NCBI GenBank assembly: GCA_022450395.1
Contig: JAKUQE010000012.1
Span: 2,810-66,809, forward strand
From: Dehalococcoidia bacterium
Lineage (GTDB): Bacteria; Chloroflexota; Dehalococcoidia; Lucifugimonadales; UBA3495
Direction of reading: 5' to 3'
Length of the DNA: 64,000 bases
The notes under the pieces were generated by a model. It saw nothing but the letters and a program-made list of their open reading frames with translations, searched no databases and was not told the DNA's origin. Positions 18,424-26,381 of the stretch are shown here, piece after piece. A program made the translations under genes and the position numbers. How positions within the stretch are numbered: position 1 is the first letter of the stretch; each line of letters begins with the position of its first letter.

Positions 18424-19425
18424 ATGGCAGAGCAGATCCATCCCAATATTGTTGCCCGGACTGTTGGAAGAGAATCGGTGCTAACCGTAGTCGGCGCCGC
18501 ACCGGACGCTAGGGGGCCGTGGTCTTTCATAACTGGGATACCGAACCCCGGCTTCGATATGGTTGGGCCTCCTGCCCAATACCTGTCGGTGGCTGCTTGG
18601 GCCGCTTGAACCGTGGTCACGGTGGTAGGCGTGGCCTACCGTGGCAACATCGCCCTGGAAGACATCATGGTCGATTTTGAGGTGGAGGCGGTTGAGCTTC
18701 CCAATGCGATCGGGTTCGGTGTTAGGGAACTTGTCACCCTGAAAGGCCGGATATCGGAGCCGGAGCGGGTCCGGCTTGAGCGGGCTTCCCGGTATTGCCC
18801 AGTTGGACAGGCTCTGACCAAGGGTTCCATGGAGATCGAGGATGAGATTCGATGGAGCAATGGTGAGGTGGCCTCAGCCTCTCCATTGACGGAATCCCTT
18901 CCCCCTTCGGACTGGGCTCTACCCGCCATACCTACCGGATCCGTCCATGGCCGATACCTTCTGGACACAAAAGAGTACGACGATGAAGGGAAGATGGAGC
19001 ACGAAGGGGAGGCCAAGATTTCCATCCAATGCCAAAACCTGACTCGGACAAGCCGCTGGACCATACTCGGCGGACATAGCTCTGAAGGCTGGGTAACGCC
19101 ACCGTTTCCCTTGGGCCACGCTGGGTGGGCAGCATCGACCGTTTCTACATTGAGCCGTCTGTTGCCCCAAGGGACGGAAGACGCAGATGGCCTCAGTGTG
19201 GAGTTGTATATGGCGGCCGGTGGCGGCGGTAGGGGGCAGTCCCAGTCCAACGCCGCCGAGGGCGTGGTGGCTCGCCGCGGGGTAACGCGCCGGATAATGG
19301 TGCCCGGAACTCCCAGCACCACCCCGATCGAGGCGGTACAAGCGGCGCTTCAACGCGACCCGATAACACTGGCCTACCTGAACGGGGGCGTACTTTTACA
19401 TGACGAGGTGGTGGTAGAGTCGTAG
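18424..19425 (+). CDS. OsmC/Ohr-like hydroperoxidase-family protein with in-frame TGA (18607-18609) at the first catalytic Cys position; candidate selenoprotein with a second degenerate OsmC-like half
   Basis: Track ORFs 18424-18609 and 18613-19425 share one frame. SD AGGAG precedes ATG 18424 and none precedes GTG 18613. The joined text is ..PPAQYLSVAAWAA[TGA]TVVTVVGVAY..RASRYCPVGQAL... A hairpin lies downstream. Confidence 0.7.
18618..18643 (+). promoter_or_regulatory. SECIS-like hairpin CAC-ggt-GGTAGGC-gtg-GCCTACC-GTG
   Basis: 7-bp upper stem, GTG loop, 3-nt 5' bulge, 3-bp lower stem. The loop lies 21 nt after the TGA. Confidence 0.5.
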
Positions 19426-19454
19426 GCGCGGATCCGCGGGAATGGCCGCCCGGA

Positions 19455-20261
19455 CTACGCTTTCAAGAACTCAATGATGTTGTCGCATACCTCTTCGAAC
19501 CGCTCCATCATCACGAGATGCCTGGCGCCTTTGATGACCACCAACCGCCCGTTCTGAACCCCTTCGGCTATGCCCCGTCCACCTATGCCTTGGGGGCCGG
19601 TGTCGACGGGGGAGTTGGCCGAGAACTCGCCGTTGATGACCAGGGTTGGGGCGGTGATGTTAGGTAGGTCTGGCCCCAGGTCGACGTCGTCACAGGCTTC
19701 CGAGGTCGCGATATACGTCTCCGGGGATATCTCGCAAAACGTCGACCGCATCTGGTCCAGTAAAGGGCCGGCTTCGGGACTGTCCAGAAAGTTTGAGGTC
19801 AGCACCGCCTGGGCCGTCAGTTCGGCGACCGCGATCATGCCTACGTTGGCGGCCAGGGCTTTGGCGAGTTTGCGGTTAAGGCGAAGCGCCGTATCGTATT
19901 TGGCCACCACTCCCACCAGCGCCATCTTTTTCACCCGCTCCGGGTGTTGCGCCGCGAATTGTATGGCAACCAAGCCCCCGGTGGATGTTCCGTGCAGATG
20001 GGCTTGCGGGATATCCAGAATGTCCATCAGATCGCGCAGGTCGTTGGTCCAGTCCTGCACCTTGTATCCCGGCGGCGTTGGGGTGCTCTTTCCGGTGCCC
20101 ACCAGATCGTAATCGATCACCCGGAAGTGGCGGGACAGGACCGGCGTGACCTTGGAGAAATTCTTCAATCCCAAAGCGCCGCCGGGGATCTGCACCAATG
20201 GCTCGCCTTCGCCGTTGATCTCGTACCAGATACGTTTCTCGCCTAGATCGGCAAATGGCAT
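19455..20261 (-). CDS. alpha/beta hydrolase
   Basis: Nucleophile elbow HGTSTGG, C-terminal GARHLVMME. Confidence 0.85.
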   Translation of the reverse strand: MPFADLGEKRIWYEINGEGEPLVQIPGGALGLKNFSKVTPVLSRHFRVIDYDLVGTGKSTPTPPGYKVQDWTNDLRDLMDILDIPQAHLHGTSTGGLVAIQFAAQHPERVKKMALVGVVAKYDTALRLNRKLAKALAANVGMIAVAELTAQAVLTSNFLDSPEAGPLLDQMRSTFCEISPETYIATSEACDDVDLGPDLPNITAPTLVINGEFSANSPVDTGPQGIGGRGIAEGVQNGRLVVIKGARHLVMMERFEEVCDNIIEFLKA

Positions 20262-20291
20262 CTCCGCCCCCTTTGAAGTTGCTCTGGCAGG

Positions 20292-20834
20292 TTAACGCAA
20301 GAGTTCGGCAAATTCCCCTCGGACTTTTGCTACCTTCGGCCTGATCACGATCTGACAATACATCATGTCCGGATTGTTCAGATAGAACTGCTTGTGGTCT
20401 TCCTCGGCCTCGTAGAAGGCTTCCAGGGGCACGACCTCGGTGACGATGGGGCCGGGCAATGAGCCGGAGGAATCCAGTTCCTTGATGTATGCTTCCGCCT
20501 GCTCTTTCTGGGCGTCGCCGGCATACAGGACCATCGACCGATAGTGGGTACCACTGTCAGCTCCTTGCCGGTTCAACGTGGTGGGATCGTGGGTTTCGAA
20601 GAATACGTCCAGGAGACGTTGATAGGAAATTTGATCAGGGTCGAACTGGATCTTAACTGCTTCGGCGTGGCCGGTATTGTCGGCGCATACCTGGCGATAC
20701 GTGGGGTTTTCCGTATGTCCACCCGCATAGCCTGGAACCACCATCAGCACGCCTTTAAGTTGAGAAAAGACCGCTTCGGTGCACCAGAAGCATCCCCCCG
20801 CGAATACCGCGGCCTCATGATTGTTTTCAGCCAT
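20292..20834 (-). CDS. msrA: peptide-methionine (S)-S-oxide reductase
   Basis: AVFAGGCFWCTEAVF active-site motif, 180 aa. Confidence 0.95.
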   Translation of the reverse strand: MAENNHEAAVFAGGCFWCTEAVFSQLKGVLMVVPGYAGGHTENPTYRQVCADNTGHAEAVKIQFDPDQISYQRLLDVFFETHDPTTLNRQGADSGTHYRSMVLYAGDAQKEQAEAYIKELDSSGSLPGPIVTEVVPLEAFYEAEEDHKQFYLNNPDMMYCQIVIRPKVAKVRGEFAELLR

Positions 20835-21298
20835 ATTTTTCCACCCGCTTTCTGACTATAAGATTTCCTGAAACCGAGTCTACTATAGACCATGGTGGTA
20901 TGACCACTGGGCAAGGCCGATTTGGGTAATTTTAGCGGTTCAGAAGGATGACAATAGTTCTGCTCAGACAACGCCATAGATACAGGCCAGCGCCCCATTG
21001 TGAGGGTCCATTGTCACTGGGATGTGTACAGCAAATACCCCTCATCCACCAGACGTGCCATCCTCTCCGTCTCCTAAAACCTCCCGGACAACAGCCTGCC
21101 GCACGGCATCCGCATCTTCGGTCAGGTCGTGTTCCATCGTGGAATAGTCGGCGTCAGGGATCTGCTGTTTTAAGGCGGCCATGAGGTTTGAATAAGGCTC
21201 CTCCAAGTCTCCAGCCAGGTCGATCAACAGCCGCCGGCAGGCCAGGATACCAACGACGTTGTTGATATCCTGGAAAACCTGAAGTTGCCCCCTCAGGC

Positions 21299-23587
21299 TT
21301 AGATGATATCCGTAGGGACCTGCATCCCTGGGGAGGCCAGGCTGCTCTGATAAGCTGCAAGGGCCTCTTTGGGCCTTCCGTTGCGTAATTGATGCTGGCC
21401 CATGTAGCCCCATCCGGCGCGGACACCGAGCCAATTGGCAATATTACTGTGTATCACCAAAGCTGTCCGAAACTTCTGAACAGCGTCTTCGTCATTCCCC
21501 TCCAAGGAGGCCACCAACCCAAGCATCTGCAGAGTGTTGGCCTCCCCCAGCCGGGCCTGGATTTCCCGGAAAATGGGCAGGGCTTCATCGTAGTGAGCGC
21601 GGGCGTCGCCCAAGCGGTCTTCCCGCAGGTCCAGGTCTCCCAGGGCCTGTAACGTGTTGGCCTCCCCCAGCCGGGCCTGGATTTCCCGGAAAATGGGCAG
21701 GGCTTCATCGTAGTGAGCGCGGGCGTCGCCTAGGCGGGCCTCCCGCAGGTCTAGGTCACCCAGGACCTCTCGGGAACTGGCCTCGAGAAATCCCCATTCT
21801 TGTTCAGTGGCGTCCCGGACGGCGTGCTCCAAGAGTTGCCTGAGCAGGGCGGTCTCCCACCTATAAGCGGCGAACTGAGCAACGTGGACGATAAACTCGG
21901 CCCTGCTTCGGGGGAGCGAATACTCGACTCCAGCGGGGGCGCCCGCATCTTTCACCATCACGCGAGCCGTGCGTTCCAGGTTGGTTGCCTCTTGGTGGAA
22001 AGCAAGAATAGCGTCGGTGGACCGGTTGTCAGTCACCAATCGACTGAGGTTCCCTGGGAAGGCAGCCATCACGCTAAAGAACCTGGCCTCATGTTCTCCT
22101 AGTTCCTCTCCGGATTCTTGCCTCACCACCTCCCGCATCAGGCGGTGCATGGAGAAGCGCCGGCCGCCGGCCTCACCTTCAGAAGCTACGAGCACCGAGC
22201 GCTGGCGCAACCGGTTCAGTTCACGTACCGCAGTGCTCTTGTCCTCGGGGTCAAGTTCGGCGACTTGGAGGAGCAGTGACTGGGGACCACCGCTCGCGGG
22301 TTCGAAGCAGGCTACGGAATAAAGCAGCCCACGGGCTGCGTCACCCAGGCCTCGCAGACTGAGTCTGAGCACCGCGTGCACGATGCGGTGGCCACGGGCC
22401 TCTTCGGCGCTCAACTCACGGTCGCCGATGGATTCGGGGACCAGGGCTTCCAATTGGTGGCTCTCATCTGGGTACATTTCCAACCACGACGAGACGGACA
22501 AATCCTCGGCGGCGATACTAGCGGAGGCCACGTCCACCGCGATGGGCTGGAAGCCCAGCATCTCGCACAACTGGTCTATCTCATCTTCCTCGTCCCGCCA
22601 TCGCTCCGGTCCCAAGGGGGATCGGAAAACGCCCCGCGCCTGTTCTGGGGTAAACTCTTCCAATCTCACTGGGTCTGCCCCGGTGACTTCCCGCAGTAGC
22701 GCTTCGTCTCTGGAGGTGACGATGGTTCGGCATAAGCCCCCTGGGTTGGGCAACAGCATCCGGACATCCGCTGGGTCGTCGGCGTTGTCGAGGATGAGCA
22801 GTCCTTCGTAGCGGGAAAGGGCCTCCCTAAGCACTCTGCTGACCTGGGCATCGGTGTGGTCCGGGTCGACCTGGAAGCCGAGGGCCAGCGCTAGGTCGGT
22901 CATGGCGCCTCGCACCCGGCCTGCGTCTAAGGAAACGTAGAGGGTTTTTCCGGGGCGGGTCTGCCGGGCATACCGTACCGCTAGCAAGCTTTTGCCGCCG
23001 CCACCGCCGCCGCCGATACCCACCACTTCTTCTGAGGAGAGCCGCCGGTCCAGCTCCGCAAGCTCGGGCCGGTCCACCCGGTAATGTTCGTCGGAGGGTA
23101 GTGATAGGGCAGGCGAGGAGGCGGGTCCAGACTGAGCGGCGGAGTGTGCTCCGGTGCTCAATACGTCGAGGGTTTGGACGGCCAAGGTTTCTAAGCGGCC
23201 CAGCGTTTCACCCTGCTCCGCAGCGAGGGAATTTGCCGCCAAGGTTGCGTCATCGGCTTGCGCCATGCGGGCGGCATCCCTAGCATTGAAATACCGGACG
23301 AGGGCCTCGGAGTCGGCAGACAAAACTGACCGGCAAACAGGCGCTATGAGCCGCGACATCCGCATTATGATGTCAAGAAGGGGTGGATTTGACTGGGTGT
23401 AGCTTGCCTTTAAGTCGGCGATGGTACCGAATCCATTCAGGAAATCGGCGAAACCGGGATCCCGGAGCAGGTTGACTATGCGGTGCCATTCCTCACTGCC
23501 CGCGGAAGTCCCGGAGCTGCTTCCATAATGGTTGATGACTCTCAGGGCGGCATTAGGGTAGGCTGCATTGAGCTTGCGCCGCACCAA
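21299..23587 (-). CDS. STAND (NB-ARC-like) P-loop NTPase with unassigned ~190-aa N-terminal domain and C-terminal TPR array
   Basis: Walker A GIGGGGGGGKSLLA and Walker B LLILDNADD. TPR units LGDARAHYDEALPIFREIQARLGEANTLQ. TTG/GTG start with AAGGA SD. Confidence 0.8.
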   Translation of the reverse strand: MVRRKLNAAYPNAALRVINHYGSSSGTSAGSEEWHRIVNLLRDPGFADFLNGFGTIADLKASYTQSNPPLLDIIMRMSRLIAPVCRSVLSADSEALVRYFNARDAARMAQADDATLAANSLAAEQGETLGRLETLAVQTLDVLSTGAHSAAQSGPASSPALSLPSDEHYRVDRPELAELDRRLSSEEVVGIGGGGGGGKSLLAVRYARQTRPGKTLYVSLDAGRVRGAMTDLALALGFQVDPDHTDAQVSRVLREALSRYEGLLILDNADDPADVRMLLPNPGGLCRTIVTSRDEALLREVTGADPVRLEEFTPEQARGVFRSPLGPERWRDEEDEIDQLCEMLGFQPIAVDVASASIAAEDLSVSSWLEMYPDESHQLEALVPESIGDRELSAEEARGHRIVHAVLRLSLRGLGDAARGLLYSVACFEPASGGPQSLLLQVAELDPEDKSTAVRELNRLRQRSVLVASEGEAGGRRFSMHRLMREVVRQESGEELGEHEARFFSVMAAFPGNLSRLVTDNRSTDAILAFHQEATNLERTARVMVKDAGAPAGVEYSLPRSRAEFIVHVAQFAAYRWETALLRQLLEHAVRDATEQEWGFLEASSREVLGDLDLREARLGDARAHYDEALPIFREIQARLGEANTLQALGDLDLREDRLGDARAHYDEALPIFREIQARLGEANTLQMLGLVASLEGNDEDAVQKFRTALVIHSNIANWLGVRAGWGYMGQHQLRNGRPKEALAAYQSSLASPGMQVPTDII
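21534..21730. repeat. 120-bp tandem duplication inside the TPR region (77 nt identical: 21534-21610 = 21654-21730)
   Basis: Lines 21541-21600 and 21661-21720 are identical. Flanks are similar with mismatches. Confidence 0.9.
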
Positions 23588-23976
23588 CCAGTCCTTGATG
23601 CGGCGGGCCGCGAGTCCACTCGCGAACTTGGCCGCTGCTGACGCAAATGCTTATGGGGCTAACATATATCCGCCACCCTGCCCCCGGCTCCCAAGCTTGG
23701 AGGGCTAAACAAAGATAGATGGTCATCGACACCGAGGCGAAGAATCGAGTATAACTGCCGTTCATCTACCTCAGCAAACCGGACATCTAATGAACTCAGC
23801 TGTTGTGTTCTGGGGCCGGAACCTAAATATTATTGATGAAGCGCGTGGGCGGCAAAATCAATAGCCGTCAATCTGACAGAAAGAGCTTCGGACCGTAGCG
23901 GTGGACAAGCCGCCCACCCCGACGTAACATGCGCCATGTTGGCAGCGGGGCGATTGCCGCCAGGCGAGGTGAATTC

Positions 23977-24972
23977 ATGGAACGGATCGGGCTTTCTTTC
24001 TCTGGGGGTCTCAATCCGCCGGATATAGTGGACTGTATCCAGCTTGCCGATGAGTTGGGGTATGAATCGGCGTGGATGGCCGAGGGGCATGGGGGTGATC
24101 AGTTCTCAATCCTGACCGCCTGCGCTCTCAGGACCAAGAATATCCTGCTGGGCACCAGCATCACCAGCGTTTTCGTCCGTAGCGCCCCTACCATCGCCAT
24201 GGCCGCCGCATCGGTGGACCACTTTTCTCAGGGGAGGTTCGTGCTGGGTTTGGGAACCAGCCACAAGGTCCAGGTGGAGCCGGAGCATGGGTTGGTGTTC
24301 GAAAAGGCGGTGCCTCGCCTGCGGGAGTGCGTTGAGATCGTTCGGGAGTTGTTGCAAAAGGGCGAGGTGTCCTATCAGGGTAGCGTGTACGACATAGAAA
24401 ACTTCGACTTTTGGTTCGAGCCTTTGCGAAGGGAGATACCAATATATGTGGCCGCCGTTTTCCCTAAGATGCTCGAGGTCTGCGGAGAGATCGCCCAAGG
24501 CGCCCTGATGACTTGGTGCACCCTGGAGCATGCTGAGACCGCGGCGGCCCACGTGGCAGAGGGGGCGAAACGGGCCGGGCGCGACCCCAGCGAGGTAGAC
24601 GTGGCTACGCTGATGCCTTGCGCGGTGGGTAGCTCGGGCGAAGGGGCCATTGCGGGACTGAAGACCAACATCGCCAGGTACGCCGCCAAGTTCCCCCGGT
24701 ACCGCAAGTTGATGGAGGACGCCGGCTTCGCCGAGGAACTCCAAGCGGTGCGCCGTGCCTGGAATGACGGCAATGAAGCGGAAGCCATCTCATTGGTCCC
24801 CGACGAACTCGTCGACTCCATCGCGCTGGTGGGTAGCGCCGAAAAAGCCAGGAGCCGGCTGGATGAGTATCGCCGCGCGGGCATCACCCAGCCGATCATT
24901 TCTCCCCGGGTTTCCGGCGAAAACTCCAAAGAAGAAGCGATGCAGATCATCCGGGCGTGCGCGCCTAGATAG
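23977..24972 (+). CDS. LLM-class (luciferase-like) flavin/F420-dependent oxidoreductase
   Basis: MERIGLSFSG..ADELGYESAWMAEGH. SD GAGGTG before ATG 23977. Confidence 0.85.
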   Translation: MERIGLSFSGGLNPPDIVDCIQLADELGYESAWMAEGHGGDQFSILTACALRTKNILLGTSITSVFVRSAPTIAMAAASVDHFSQGRFVLGLGTSHKVQVEPEHGLVFEKAVPRLRECVEIVRELLQKGEVSYQGSVYDIENFDFWFEPLRREIPIYVAAVFPKMLEVCGEIAQGALMTWCTLEHAETAAAHVAEGAKRAGRDPSEVDVATLMPCAVGSSGEGAIAGLKTNIARYAAKFPRYRKLMEDAGFAEELQAVRRAWNDGNEAEAISLVPDELVDSIALVGSAEKARSRLDEYRRAGITQPIISPRVSGENSKEEAMQIIRACAPR

Positions 24973-25125
24973 AGGTTTGGCGATGTTGCGGTCTCAGAAA
25001 GCGTCGATCATAGCCAGAGCGTTGTCATCGTCGCCAGAGGGATATTCTTTCGATCGATCAGTAGATCGACGGGCAGTGCCTGCGGGCGTCTGGCGGGCTG
25101 ACGGCATTGAACAGGCCGGTGATGA

Positions 25126-25482
25126 ATGGCGGTTGTAATATTTGATTCCGATTGCGCGGTGTGACAGGCGTTTAGGCGCTGGGTAGCGCTTCGCGACAAT
25201 CGCTCACGGATCCGGTTCGTTGGTAATGAATGCGACGAGTCGGCCGAACTACTTCCTCACCTGTCAAAATTCGAGCGCACGCGCACGATCCACTGGGTAG
25301 ACGACGAAGGTGGTCACCGGCAGGGAGCGCGCGCCATCTTCACGATCGTCGGCGCAACGGCGAGCCGCCTCGGCCCGATCGCAAGACTCTTTGCCCGTTG
25401 GCCCCTATACGTCCTCGCGGAACCTTGGTACCGAATCTTCGCTCATCACAGAGGAAGATTCGCTCGATTCGCCGGGAAGTGA
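25126..25482 (+). CDS. DCC-family (DUF393-type) thiol-disulfide oxidoreductase with in-frame TGA (25162-25164) at the second Cys of DxxCxxC; candidate selenoprotein
   Basis: Not in the ORF track. Translation: MAVVIFDSDCAV[TGA]QAFRRWVALRDNRSRIRFV...ARAIFTIVGATASRLGPIARLFARWPLYVLAEPWYRIFAHHRGRFARFAGK*. The family-like text continues for 105 codons after the TGA. Confidence 0.7.
25168..25194 (+). promoter_or_regulatory. SECIS-like hairpin GCG-ttt-AGGCGC-tgggta-GCGCTT-CGC
   Basis: 6-bp upper stem (one G-U pair), 6-nt loop containing GGU, 3-nt U bulge, 3-bp lower stem. The upper stem begins 9 nt after the TGA. Confidence 0.5.
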
Positions 25483-25583
25483 AGGCGCTGGCCGAAGAGA
25501 GTAAATTGCGGGGCGAACACAACTCCGAAGAATCTGGGCTTGGGATCGAAGCATGTCGAACAATCTGGAACGTAGAAGGCGCT

Positions 25584-26333
25584 ATGGGATTTAGAGTCAC
25601 GACACTGAATCTGGAACAGGACCATAAACGGTGGGACGAGCGGCGGGAGTTGATCGTTGAGGAATTGGGCGGCTTGAAGCCCGATGTGTTCGCCATCAAC
25701 GAGATCTGCCTTCCCCGGCAAACCGGCCGCTACCTTCAACGTGCCGCCAACGAACGCTGCGGTATCGAATATAACCTGATCCAGCAGTCCAAAGTTAACG
25801 GCCTCTCTGTCGTCGACGGCGAAGGTCTCTTGACCAGGTTCCCGATCAGGGAGACGGCCAACCTGGACTATCGAGCCCGCGACGCCGTTGCCCTGGTCGC
25901 CCGGGTTGAGATAGAAGACCGCCTAGTAGACCTGTACGTGACTCATCTCTACCGGTCTGAAGGGGAGGACTCCCTACGCCTGTATCAGGTGGAACAACTT
26001 CTTGATTGGGTAAGCTCTAGGAACGATGTCGACGCCCGTGTGGTCTGCGGTGATTTTAACGCAACCCTGGACATGGCCTCGGCTGCCTTGATGGCGGCCC
26101 ATTTCAAGCCCACCCAGACCGAGCCCACCGCCTTCACCCCATTACAGGAAAAGAACGGTACGCCCTCCCATCCGAACTGGGAGCGGTTCGACCGGTGCAT
26201 CGACTACATCTGGGTTGCCGGTGCCCTTCGCGTGAAGGACAGCGGCGTGTGCTTCAACAAACCCAGTCCCGAGGACTATTCTCTATGGCCGTCTGACCAC
26301 ATGGGCGTTTGGGCGGATCTAGAGTTCGAGTAG
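25584..26333 (+). CDS. endonuclease/exonuclease/phosphatase (EEP) family protein
   Basis: VFAINEI, VVCGDFNATLD and WPSDHMGVWADLEF motifs. The Arg-rich N-terminal extension of track ORF 25230 is an out-of-frame shadow of the DCC gene. Confidence 0.85.
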   Translation: MGFRVTTLNLEQDHKRWDERRELIVEELGGLKPDVFAINEICLPRQTGRYLQRAANERCGIEYNLIQQSKVNGLSVVDGEGLLTRFPIRETANLDYRARDAVALVARVEIEDRLVDLYVTHLYRSEGEDSLRLYQVEQLLDWVSSRNDVDARVVCGDFNATLDMASAALMAAHFKPTQTEPTAFTPLQEKNGTPSHPNWERFDRCIDYIWVAGALRVKDSGVCFNKPSPEDYSLWPSDHMGVWADLEFE

Positions 26334-26381
26334 AATCCGGCGGGAGCATCCTTCGGTTCGACAGCCTCACAGGGGTGAACG

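Noticed and set aside
21042-21298. Acidic small ORF tail (part of track ORF 21042-21434) immediately downstream of the STAND gene as a partner protein
   Set aside because: It has no ATG/GTG with an SD near the STAND stop, only a weak internal TTG or late ATG. Its frame differs from the STAND gene and I recognise no motif. It is left unannotated, though a short acidic partner cannot be excluded.
25230-25583. 118-aa Arg-rich N-terminal extension of the EEP gene in the ORF track
   Set aside because: It is an out-of-frame shadow of the DCC-family gene (25126-25482). The EEP domain begins at MGFRVTTLNL (ATG 25584).
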